Positions 51,270 to 63,498 of a stretch of 64,000 nt of DNA are shown piece after piece (positions within the stretch are counted from its first letter, which is position 1; each line of letters starts with the position of its first letter). The position numbers and the translations under genes are program-made. Below the pieces are notes generated by a model. It made no database searches, was not told the DNA's origin, and saw only the letters and a list, made by a program, of their open reading frames with translations. Source of the stretch: Chara braunii (Eukaryota; Plantae; Charophyceae). The stretch covers positions 2,521,549-2,585,548 of the forward strand of contig BFEA01000033.1 in the NCBI GenBank assembly GCA_003427395.1, written 5' to 3'.

Positions 51270-52625
51270 TAGGGTCACCAGCCTGTACGTACGGAGGTCC
51301 CCGGACCGACCTCCGTACGTACAGGCGTTCGGGGTCTCGTCGGGGTCCGAACCCGAAGGCGTTTTGGCCCCCCCCAAAAATTATTTCGGGTCCTAATTTT
51401 TTTTTTATTATAAAGATTTTGTTATGTGAGCTCTCTATGACGTGAGGTACATGCCTATAAAGTTTGATGTCATTTAGCTCAGCAAAATAAGAATAAAAAA
51501 TCGCCAAAGATGGTGGTGTCAAAACTTGCTCGCCCACCTTTTGTTTCACTTTTTACTTTTTGTTTTCATTTTAGTTCGGGGTCTAAACAATTTTTTTATT
51601 TTTTGAAATATTTTTAGTGGCTTTTGTATTATGCGAAGCACACATCTGTAGATTTTCAGGGCATTTGGCTATGCCAAAAAAAAACATAAATAATCTTCGA
51701 AGATAGCGATGTCGAAAACGTGCTTGCGCACTCATTAATTTTTTTATTTATTTTTTTTACTTAGTATTTGTTCTCCGTATTTTATTTTTATTTCAAATTT
51801 GATAAGGAATTCGGATGTGATGCTAAGGCAAATCTTGTTTAATTTATTTTTTTGTCCGCGTTCGGCCCGAACGGCCGAACGCATCCCCAAGGGGTCCCAT
51901 ACGTTCGGGCGTTTGGGATGGGCCGAACACCCGAACCCGAACGCCCGAACGTTTGGGACCCCCTCTCGACGCGTTCGGACGTTCGGCTGAACGTGNNNNN
52001 NNNNNNNNNNNNNNNNNNNNNNNNNNNNNNNNNNNNNNNNNNNNNNNNNNNNNNNNNNNNNNNNNNNNNNNNNNNNNNNNNNNNNNNNNNNNNNNNNNNN
52101 NNNNNNNNNNNNNNNNNNNNNNNNNNNNNNNNNNNNNNNNNNNNNNNNNNNNNNNNNNNNNNNNNNNNNNNNNNNNNNNNNNNNNNNNNNNNNNNNNNNN
52201 NNNNNNNNNNNNNNNNNNNNNNNNTGCCATGAAATTTTATACATATGTATCTTACATAATAGAGAACCTACAAATAAAGTTTGAAAAAATAATAATTTTT
52301 TTCAGGCCCCGAAATAAAGGAAAAACAAAAAGTGAAAAGAGAAAAAAAACAAATTAGTAAGTGGGAAAGCAAGTTTTGACACCACCATCTTTGCCGATTT
52401 TTCATTATTGTTTGGCCCCACAGAATGATTTCAAAATTGAGAGACAGGTATCTTACATAACAGAGAACTCTCAAAAAACAAATCAGAAAAAAATAATAAT
52501 TTTTAGGTACCAAAATATTTTTTTGTGGGGTCCGCCTTCGAGTTCAGGCCCTGTACGGGGACCCGAACGCCCGAACGTTCAGGGGTCAGCTTAGGGGCCT
52601 CCGTACGTTCGGCCTGGCAACTCTG
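51270..52625. mobile_element. TIR element with hAT-like termini embedded in (TA)n; contains a gap
   Basis: TAGGGTCACCAGCCTGTACGTACGGAGG ... CCTCCGTACGTTCGGCCTGGCAACTCTG inverted termini, with TA runs on both sides. Confidence 0.75.
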
Positions 52626-54237
52626 TATATATATATATATATATCGTGAAAAAAATATAAGAGCACAAAAGGGAAAAAAATAAATAAAATATCAAAAATA
52701 AAACTCGGAGTTTTTTGTTTTTTTAATCTTCTTCTTTACAACTCCCCCTCTTCAAAACCTCTTTCGTACATGACCGCACACGTCGATGTAGGTTGAACGA
52801 CAACTTCCCCCACCCCCGTGTGTCATATGAACCAACATGCATACAACCAAAAGGCAAAGAGGCAAAGAAAAAAAGAAGGCAATAACCAAACAAAACAAAA
52901 TATCATCAATGTTTTGACACACCCTTGTCTTCTTCTTCCCCTTCTTTTGCTTTTACTTCCTCTTCTTCTACTTCTTCATCTTCTTCGTCTTCAATTTCCT
53001 CTTCTTTCTTTCGTCTACTTCCTATCCACATCGCGTTGATGCTGATCTGCAGGTTTGTCTGTCGCGACAGGCCGCTGGTGCGCCACAACCGAATAAAATA
53101 ACAAAATACGAATAAAACTCAGTATATATATATATATATATATATACATATATCATCACAAAGTTATCAAATCATATTCATCTTCTTACTTACACCCCCC
53201 CCCCTGTTCAGAACCTATTGTGTACAAGGTCTCCCACGTGAATGTGGTTGAGCGGTGGCTGTCCCCCACCCCCGTGGAAGATATTGACCTACTTGCCCAC
53301 ATCCAAAAGGCAAAGAGGCAAAGAAAAAAGGAATGTCGTCACAACGTTATCACACTGCAAAAACGATAAAATTCAAAACGATAAAAAACAAGGTTAGGGG
53401 TTACATAACTCACTTCTTTCATCCATGCAAACACATGACGACTCGAACTGGCGCAGTGAGCCCACACAGAGTTGACAGATAAGAATGTCACCAAGAACAA
53501 ACTTCTGATTGAACTTGTCAACAATGCCAATAACTTATTACAAGTTATCTACACACAACTCACCGCTACCTACGATAACCATGAATGTCCCTCACACACA
53601 CACACGCACACACGACACGAAGGCCCTATGTCTTACCTGTGTGGCAACTATGACTGTCGTATCCGTCGTGACTAAGCTGGCGGCTATGGTATCAACCCAC
53701 ACGCACTCGAGATGCAGGTATGGATTCCGTTCTCGCTAAGGTATTAGCTATGTCCGTATTATTTGCTATTTTTTCTCATTTTTGTTTTTTTGAAAACCTC
53801 TGCCTCTCCCTTCGGCAAACAAGCGGCCCTAAACACGGCCACCAAATCTCATCACCGCCATTGCCATCACCACCCCCTCCTCCTTTGTCATCCATCGTTG
53901 GTAGCGAGTGCAGATAACCGTTGGTGGGAGCAGGAACGATCCACGGATCTACGTGGGAGTAAGTCGCAGCTATGGCTGCCCACCCGAATGGACCGTGCAT
54001 TGGATCGACTCCCCAACCGCCATTCACCTGGTCGTAGGAATGTGGAAGGTTGCCTCATCCCCCGCCTTGTTCTTCTTCCACGCCGACCGTCGTTGTAGGT
54101 GGTGGAGGGAGAGGTGAAGAGACGGCGGGCAGAGTCGTAGATGGGGTCCCCTCGCCAACTGCCGGTGTTGAAGACGTGGACGGCAACGTTGCCGTCATTC
54201 GTATAGTCGTCGCGCCACTATCGTCTGCCATCTGCTT

Positions 54238-54290
<53 letters not shown>

Positions 54291-54515
54291 NNNNNNNNNN
54301 NNNNNNNNNNNNNNNNNNNNNNNNNNNNNNNNNNNNNNNNNNNNNNNNNNNNNNNNNNNNNNNNNNNNNNNNNNNNNNNNNNNNNNNNNNNNNNNNNNNN
54401 NNNNNNNNNNNNNNNNNNNNNNNNNNNNNNNNNNNNNNNNNNNNNNNNNNNNNNNNNNNNNNNNNNNNNNNNNNNNNNNNNNNNNNNNNNNNNNNNNNNN
54501 NNNNNNNNNNNNNNN

Positions 54516-54593
<78 letters not shown>

Positions 54594-54826
54594 AAAAAAA
54601 AAGAAAAAAAGATGATGATGAAGAAAAAGAAGAAGCGGCGACGAAGACATGGGGAAGAAGAAGGGATGAAGAAGAAGCGACGAAGAAGAAAAGGAACACA
54701 AAGAGAGGAAAAAGGAGAAGAAAATGGAGAAGAAGAAGAAGAAGAAGAAGAAGAAGAAGAAGAAGAAGAACTGAAGAAGAAGAAGAAGATGAAGAAGGAC
54801 GATCAGAGGAAGCTATAAAAAAGATT

Positions 54827-54878
<52 letters not shown>

Positions 54879-55268
54879 TCGACGCTTAGACCACGTAACG
54901 ATGCCACGTGGCAGCTAAGAAACAAGGAAGAAGAAAAAGACGTGAAGAAGAAGAAGAAGAAGAAGCAAAGAAAAAGAAGAAGAAGTAGCGACGAAGAATA
55001 AACGACGTAGAAGAAGGGACGACGAAGAAAAAGCTATGAAGAAAAAAAAGAACAAGAAGAGAAGAAGAAGGAGAGGGAAAAAAAAAGAAGCAATACGACG
55101 AAAAAGAAGAAGACGAACGGGTGAGAAGAAGAAGCAAAAAAAATCTCTCTCTCTCTCTCTCAGACAGCGATGTCAAGAATCAGCAGCAAGCGTGTGAGTC
55201 GGCTGTGACACCTATGGTGTACCGTACGTACCGCAATCACACTGTAGATAAAGGAGGTGGAGGGAGGT

Positions 55269-55340
<72 letters not shown>

Positions 55341-55767
55341 GGGGGGCAGGGTTGCCGATTTTGAGGGTTGATTGGGGAAGTAAGTGGGTGGCAGTCAGGG
55401 GGAAGGCAAGCATTCCAAAGGCGAGGCGGTGTAAGCATCCACACCCATGAAAGGTGAGAACCCTTCATGAAGGTGGACATGGCGGTAAGTGGGGGTGGCG
55501 GGGGCAGACAACCCATGAGGGGTTATTGGGCGGACAGGGGAAGATAACAGACTCACCTGTTGTCGTTGTCGCTCATGCCTGAGCTAAAACGACGAGACGA
55601 GAGTCGTCTAAGTCGAATCTCGGGTGACATCGATGATGACGATAGCCATCATTTTATGACCCTTCGTGTTCCGCGGGAAAGGTGAACGCGGAGGGGCACG
55701 GACGATTTCCACATTCAGAGAGAGAGAGAGAGAGAAACACACACATACACACACACACACACAACAC

Positions 55768-55803
<36 letters not shown>

Positions 55804-56522
55804 GACGACTTGCACCTTTTCGATACGGCTTGAACTTGAGTCATAGTAGATAACGTTCCCACCACTTTAGTCGTCCGAGCGTGGGTCGCTATATTGAAGG
55901 GTGCAATGGGCAGCAGGTCGCGATGGGTGGCCGACTGTACGGTTTCGTCCGCGAGGATAGGGCGCCACGTGGGAACGTTACACGTGCACAAAGACCAGCC
56001 ACCTTTTGGTGACTTTTCGCCAAGGGATGACCTTAGATACGCCTCGTCACGCGTTTGCTGCGGGGCTATTGGCCTTAAAGGATGGCATCCTTTCCCCACT
56101 GGAAATATTGTGAAAACAAAACGAAGGAAAAAAAAACAACAACAATTACACGCACAAAAGAAAATAACGAAACAATAACGAAAAATAAAATAGTTAACAT
56201 TTGTATTTTTTTGGAAAATGGCAAGACCAATTTTGCGGTCACTTCGATGTTCGGAAGGAACACCTCAGACATTGGTCTACGACGACGGGATTTCAAACGC
56301 CTGCAGCCTACCGGGTCCCACATCTCAAACAAAAAATCGGACTGGGATCCGGTAGGCCGCGAAGAACCGGTAGCGTAATAAAAAAGAGGACGATTGCGGC
56401 GTACCGGTAGTTGGAGGTTTTTTTGCATCGGGGGGAGTGGTGGTTTAAGCCCAACCAATTCACTTACCTATCAAATCTGGACAGGACGACCTTTCAGGCC
56501 TTTCTTATTGTCATTATAGTAT

Positions 56523-56872
56523 TACGGGGAACCCCGTAGCAGCCACATTCGTGCTCAAGCCTCCAACGAGGGAACATGCAGGAGCTGCACCCACTAGCAG
56601 GTGCGATACCTGCTACACTAGGTGAGCGATACCGGCCAGGGTTCAGCCGGTAGCATCAGGAACGAGCTTCTTTTATGGGCCAGTCACTGTGCCTCCCCTC
56701 CGGTCCCCTCCCCCTATGAACATCAGCAGTCTCTGCTCAATGCCACTTGGGGGGACCAAGGACGGGTGGCGGGCGCCAAGCTTGCCCAGGAAGGTACATG
56801 AGGCCAATGGGGATTGAACCCTGACCCTCCTGAGTGCCACTTGTGTGCCTTACCAACTGAGCTAAGCCACTG
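56523..56872 (-). mobile_element. tRNA-derived SINE
   Basis: Minus strand has GGCTTAGCTCAGTTGGTAAGG (A box) and GGGTTCAATCCCC (B box); body homologous to 60198-60522. Confidence 0.85.
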
Positions 56873-58065
56873 TATATATTTGTTTTTTTTTTCCCCTTAT
56901 ATTCTTCTCTCAAATATTTCATCATCTTTCAAATTCTTTCAATTCACATTGACTACCTACCTATCACTACTCCTAAGTCTTATACATGGGACCCCTGTGA
57001 ACATAACTTTGTTGTCTCCCTCCAACTTTTTTTTTTTTTTTAATCTTTAAACAAGTGGACCCGCCGCAGCAAAGTTGCGACACAGAAAAGGGGCGTGAGG
57101 CGAGGCAGGCAGGAAGGGAATTGGGCAGCAAGCAAATATGCAGATGAAGGCCGCAAAAGAAAAAAAAAAAATGATAGCGAGACTATTGAAAGGAAATTTT
57201 TAAAATCACAGTTGGAGGAAAGTTGGAGAGAGGACCACCAGATCCGGGAAAAACAAATATGGTTTCATGGAAGGGAGACAAAAAAAAAAAGTCAAGGTTT
57301 CACCGAAGGGGGAAAAAAAAAAGGAGGCTAGGCTAACAAGCTTCATGTCGGGATCTCATGGACAATCAGGGATCGATTCCCGAGTGCAACCGGACGTTGA
57401 TCGTACACGCCTCCTCCTCCTCCTCCTTTTCCTCTCCTAGACCTTTCGTGTCTCTTCCTCCTCTCTCTCCCCCTCCTCCTTCACTTTTTCACCTCTACCG
57501 TCTCTCCCAAAAACCAAGTCCAATCATTCAACGAAGTATGAATGAAATTCAATAGATGAGATGTTGCAAAATCACCAAGGCGGGAGGGGGCAGGGGGGGA
57601 ACGGAGGAGGAGGAGGTTGAAAAGGACAATGAGCCGAGAGGGAGTCTAATGTGGACGATGGAAATTTACGATCAAGATAACGATGATGATGATCAGGCAT
57701 AAGCGAGGAGGGGGGAAGAGGAGAAGAGGATGGAGGAAAGAGGATGTAGGAGCAAGGAGTAGTGAGAGTAGTCGGGGCGATGAGGAGGATGCAGAGGTGA
57801 AGAGAGGAGTGGGAATGGCAGGAGGAGCGGGAGAGGGAGGAAGAGGACGATGAGGAGGAAGAGGTGAGGAAGCGGATAGCGCAGAGGAAGTGGAGGACGA
57901 GGAGGAGGAGGATGGAGGGAAGAGGAGATCGCAGCAAGCAGCAGAGGAGACGTTGGGAGAGGAAAAGATGGTCGGGACGAGGAGGAGAGGGAGTCACGAA
58001 AAAAGTGGAGGAGGATGTCGAGGAAGTGGAGGAGCAGGAGGAGAAAGAGGAGCAAGAGGCGGGAT

Positions 58066-58157
58066 GAGATATCCCTTAAAGTTGGAATGATAAAAAGATG
58101 ATTAGCATGGCCCCTGCGTAAGGATGACAAGCATAAATCAAAAGATGGTCAAAAATT
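58066..58157 (+). pseudogene. U6: U6 snRNA pseudogene, nearly full length, 5' stem missing
   Basis: TTGGAATGATAAAAAGATGATTAGCATGGCCCCTGCGTAAGGATGACAAGCATAAATC; the ACAGAGA box is mutated to AAAAAGA. Confidence 0.92.
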
Positions 58158-60197
58158 CTCAAAATTAAGAAGAAAAAAAAGATGGAACATACTTCTACAA
58201 TTTTCCATTTTCTTGAGAATCGAACATACTTTTACGATTTCCCATCTTCTGACAACAAATAAATAAAAAATGATAAAGATGAGAGGGGAGGAGGAGGAGG
58301 AAGAGGAGACTGGGGAGGAGGAGGAAGAGGAGAGCGGGGAGGAGGAGGAGGAGGAAGGCGGGGAAAGGGAAGAAGAAGAACAACGAAAGATGGGGAGGAG
58401 CTCGGCCTCGCGNNNNNNNNNNNNNNNNNNNNNNNNNNNNNNNNNNNNNNNNNNNNNNNNNNNNNNNNNNNNNNNNNNNNNNNNNNNNNNNNNNNNNNNN
58501 NNNNNNNNNNNNNNNNNNNNNNNNNNNNNNNNNNNNNNNNNNNNNNNNNNNNNNNNNNNNNNNNNGGGAGAGGGGGGGAGGGGGAGAGGACGATGCGCAA
58601 CAGGAGGAGGTCAACGAACCGGAGGAGGAGGAGATTGGGGGTCTTGGTAGCAAGAGGCAGGACAAGTGGAAAGAGGAGGGGGAGGATGACCATTGGCAGG
58701 ATCGGGAGTAGGAAAAGATGAGCCGCGGTCTGATTGTCATTGACACATCAGGAAAAATGGATGAAACACCCTGTTACGTGGATCCATAGTGACGTGGAGG
58801 GTTCACACACGTCGGTGCATAACGTTGGGGCACGTGCTCTTTGGTAGACTCCCCACCCCCCGGGAAGTATTGTGCAAGGTGCATTGCCAACAAGATTATT
58901 TTCATTGAATTTCATGTTTCACTTATCCTCAAGCCTCCATAGTTCCTGCCACTTGGCCACGTGACCTTCCACGCATCCCCTCTGTCCCACTTTCTGACTT
59001 AGATACTGTGTCATGTGCCTTCAACTACCCTGCTCCATTCCACATGGCAAGCAACCCCCCCATCCTATCTTGCCCGAATCACATCACCACCAGCATGCAC
59101 ACTGCTCCGTCCGTGGTGTTGACTCCATTGCCACCCTGGTGAAACACGAACCACTGCGCCGTGGCAGCCACTCTATCCCTCCATAGATGGTAGACCGTAG
59201 ACCCAACGCCAAACCCCGTAATCGCGAGTCAGAAACCAAAAAATTGGAGACTCTATTACTCCGTAGACCGTTGATGGAACACAAAAGCCCGCGAGCCCAA
59301 AATAGGAACCCAAGGCACACCTCCAAATATGACAGCTCATCCCCTTTCCCTCTCCTCGCCTTCCCTTCTCGGTCCGCGATGGCAGCTTCCAGCCATGGCT
59401 CGCTGTGATAGCACACATGCACATGTGCGAATAGCCCCTCCCATCCTTCTCGATCCGCACGTCTGTAAGTACCCCCGTTCGTCCTGCTTCCATTCCAGAA
59501 ACTTCGCAGCACCAGCCACAGACAATTTCGTTGGGCCCGGCCTTTTCCCAGGCAGCCCTTGAACGTGCGCCCTCACGGGAACTGCTCCCCATGACCCCGA
59601 AATGCTTCCGCCACGGCATGCCGCCCTTCAAACTCGCATGGACAAAAAAAACTAAAACTGCCATTTCTGCGAATTTCCCTTGGGCCTGCGCCTTGTCCCC
59701 CGCCATTTTCCCAACACAGGCAGCCCGGGTTGGCGGCAACATTACGCAAGACCCACTGTTTCCTTTATAAAGAGTATAGATATAGATAGAAAACTACGCT
59801 ATATTCTTCTCTCAAATTTTTCATCATCTTTCAAATTCTTTCAATTCACCTTCACTACCTACCTACCACTACTCCTAAGCCTTATACAGGGGACCCCTGC
59901 AAACATAGCTTTGTTGTCTCCCTCCAGCTATCAGAGGGGATGCATGTTGCCCTCGGTCCCAACCATGGTGGTCAAGGATGGGGACGATGAAAAGGGAGGC
60001 GCAGCTACTGTCAAAATGATTGGTTGTTGCGTTGCCGGACCTCCAGCCATTTGTCTTGGAATGAATGGACTAGTACCTCCGCCAGTGTTGGGAAATTAGG
60101 AAAAACTGGCAGTTTCCCCAAACTCCTAAAGTTTCGGAGGTCGGGCCTGACGACGACTGCCATTGATATTGATATGATATTGATAAATCTGATAATC

Positions 60198-60522
60198 CAG
60201 CGGCCTAACTCAGTTGGTAAGGCTCGCAAGTGGCAGTCAGGAGGTCGTGGGTTCAATCCCCATTGGCCTCATGTACCTTCCTGGGCATGCTTGGCGCCCG
60301 CCACCTAGAGATAGACCACTGGATCCCCCGATTGGCATTTAGCAGAGTCTGCTGATGTTCATAGGGGAGGGGACCTGAGGGGAGGCACAGGGATTGGTCC
60401 TGTTGGCATGGTCCCTGATGCTACCGGCTGTCCCCTAGCCGGTATCGCCCACCTGCAGGTCGGGAGCAGCCCCCGCATGTTCTCTCGTGAACACGGTTGT
60501 GGCTGCCACGGGGTTCCCCGTA
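60198..60522 (+). mobile_element. tRNA-derived SINE
   Basis: GGCCTAACTCAGTTGGTAAGG...GGGTTCAATCCCC head; body shared with 56523-56872; ends in ACGGGGTTCCCCGT. Confidence 0.85.
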
Positions 60523-61946
60523 TGCCTACAATTAGGAGTAGTGGTAGGTAGGTAGCGTGAGGTGAAATTGAGAGAAGAATATAACTTTAAACCACTAGTA
60601 CCTTTCCCGCGTGGGAAAATAGGGAAAACTGGCTGTTTTCCCAATCGCCTGAATTTTCGGAGGTCGGGCCCGACGACGACTGCCATTGATAAATCTGATC
60701 GGCGGCCGTCGTTTCGTTTCGGCCTCTGAAAAGGTCGGACGCCTACCCGAGGCCCGCTATTTTCCCAAGCGGCGAAGGGACAAAAAAAAAATAAAAAAAA
60801 TAAAAAATAAAAAATCTGATAGGCGGTAGTCACTTCGACCAACCGAGGCCCGCTATTTTCCCACGCGGCTACCAGCTGTCCCCTGGCCGGTGCCCCCCAT
60901 AGGGGGTTCCCTGAAGGCAGCAAGGCCAACCAGGCCACCCTGGGCTGAAAAGGCCAAGATTGAATTTTTTTGGGCTGGTTAGTCCGATGATAAAAAAAAG
61001 AACGAAGGTCATCGTGTGAGGTCGATCTGGATTTGGATGTCTGAATGCTATCCGCCTGGCGAACAACATATCGATGGTGTTGTTTTTGATTTGAATGTTG
61101 TTTGTTCGTTCGTTCGTACATACGTCCTTCGAGGGTCGTCGCTCTGATCTACCCGTAACCTCTCTGAACCAGGTGTCGTTACGAGGTTGGAGCCCAGACT
61201 GCAGCGTGGTCCGATTTCCAGGACCACGACCTCCATTCCGTCGGACGGACGTCCCAGTCCGTGCCGTGAGTTTGCGGCTCATCCTGTCCGTGTGTTGAAC
61301 CTGCAGGTTGCGCGGGGTGTTTGCGTGGCGCGGTCGCCGGCTTGGCGCGCAGGGGGTTGCGAGCGTGTCGGGTCCTTGTCCGTCCTTCTTTGTGTTGTGG
61401 ACAAATCGGGTCATCCTTTGCCGAAGGTGAGCGACGGAGACCTTGCCGGTTCCGCCATCTCAAGAGCGTCGGCCATCGCCAGCGTGCAGCGGCGCAAGCC
61501 GCCCGCGCCCTCTTGCGCGCGAGCGTGCATGCATGCCTGCCTGGGTGTCCCTGGCAGGAGGCGCAGCCTGTACTGTAGCGGCAAACGGCGACCAGATACT
61601 TCGCCGCCGTTTGGCCTCTCTTTCGTAGTTTGCGGTGTGGGTGGCCGCCCGGGAGGCCGAGCTGGCCCGCGCTTTAGCCGCCGCCGCCGCCGCCGCCGCC
61701 ACCTCAGGAGGAGGAGTTAGCGGGGGTTGTTCATCGCGTGTTTGTCTTGCCGCCGCTTCGGAAATCGCGCGGGAAACCGAGCAACTTCTCACCGCAGGTC
61801 GTTTTTTTTTTTCCGTCCTCCTTCTGCCACGGGGTGGCGAGTTGTTTTTCGGTAAAGTGATTGACCTGTGAGAGTGATAGGAAGAGGAGGAGGAATAGGA
61901 AGTTGAAGAAGAAGAAAAAGAAGAAGGAAAAGAGAGGGAGGCGGCG

Positions 61947-62372
61947 ATGGCGGCCTCAGTGGCACGCGCTGCTGTGGTGCATCCGTGTCGGTCATCCGTG
62001 GTGGGCGGGCGAGAGGATTTCGCGACGCATGCTCAACAGGTTAGTGCGTCACTGCCAGTGGGTCGATGGCGCGCAGCACAAGGCTCTACGTCCACGCCAC
62101 GTGGCGATTTCTTCGCTTCCCGCTTAGGTCGCGCCGTCGACAGGGCGGTACCGTGCTGCCGCAGCCGTCGTTGCCGCAGCATCTTCGCCGTCGCTGCGCT
62201 CGCTGCACCGCCCAGGGGCGGTAATCTCCAGGATCTCTTGGCGGACGCGCAGGAGAGGACGCGGAGAGCGCTGGTGAAGTCTAAGGAGGAAGGCGACGGT
62301 GCGGGCTTTTCCTACGACGACTTCAGGGAGGCACTGGGGAAATTCGATTTCAGTTTCGAACTGGGGGACGTC
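61947..62372 (+). CDS. PRPS1: Plastid 30S ribosomal protein S1, exon 1 (transit peptide and N-terminus); later exons not seen in the window
   Basis: MAASVARAAVV... transit peptide, then LQDLLADAQERTRRA...GAGFSYDDFREALGKFDFSFELGDV|GTGAGT, like the plant/cyanobacterial S1 N-terminus. Confidence 0.85.
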
Positions 62373-63361
62373 GTGAGTATTTCTTGCTCCTCCCTCGCTC
62401 CCTCCCTCCCTCCTTCCCTCCCTCCCTCCCTCCCTCCCTCCCTTCCTTTCTACCTCCCCCCCCCCTCTCTCCCTCCCCCTCACCATTTTTTTCCCTTTTT
62501 CATAGGCATTCACGTTCCATGTCCAGTTTCTGAATTCTAGAACTTATGTCGCGCAATTCGTCGCTCGATTCGCGCCCCCTACCGTCTGCACCCAAATAGA
62601 ACATGGTACGGTCATTATCGCTGTATCTAGACCACCAGACTGAAAGTTGACCCAAATGACCGGGCGCTCTTTTCGGGTGAAGATGGTAGGGGCGAAACAG
62701 CTGAACGTCGCCGAACTCTCTCTCCGTTTGTTTTGTGTGCGTGACAACAAAGCAGGTGACTCTGACATCTCCAAATCGCAGTCACTTTACGCACCTGCCT
62801 ACCTTCCGCTCCTGCTCCTCCTCCTCCTCCTCCTCCTCCTCCTCCTGTCTCTCTCCTGTTTCTCCTCCTTCCACTCCCCTATCGTTTGCATCCTTTTGAC
62901 GTCCTCCAGTTTTCTCGGCTCTTTCTTTGTTGTTTGTTTGTATTCGTTTTCTCCGGCGCTTCTCTCTCCCATCTCTGAAATTTCCCTGTTTCTTCTGGTC
63001 CGTCTCCTCTTTTGCCTTTTCACTCCCTGCCTGTTCACTGTTGTCTGTGTATGTCGCGAATGCCTCCCCTTTTTGGCGTATCCAACACTCAATGTGTTCC
63101 CCGTTCTGTGTTAAAAATAAGAACGAAAAACATCCCTCCCTCTCCCCCCTCGCCCCAACTATGCTGTATCATGTTCCTGTTCCGTTTTTGTCGTTTTCGC
63201 TCATCTTATCCGTTTCCTTTTTAGCCTGCGTGACTGGCACGTATGTGTTTCCTTTTTTGTCCTCCTCACTTGTTTCCCGTTTTTCTTGTGTTTTGTCTTT
63301 TTCCCCTCACGTTTTATACCCTGTTAAACCTTGCCGGATCTTCATTTCTTCTGTTTCTGGC

Positions 63362-63402
<41 letters not shown>

Positions 63403-63498
63403 TCCCCACCGACTCACCGCGTCGCGCTCTCCTCACACACAATTAACAACTAAATAAGAATAATGAATACGTAAAATGAATAAATAATATTTAAACTT

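Noticed and set aside
59084-59742. Overlapping minus-strand ORFs up to 189 aa
   Set aside because: No recognisable domain, splice structure or second copy to support coding.
60202-60272. Functional tRNA gene
   Set aside because: Anticodon and acceptor stems pair poorly, and it is fused to a body shared with another dispersed copy, so it is a SINE head.
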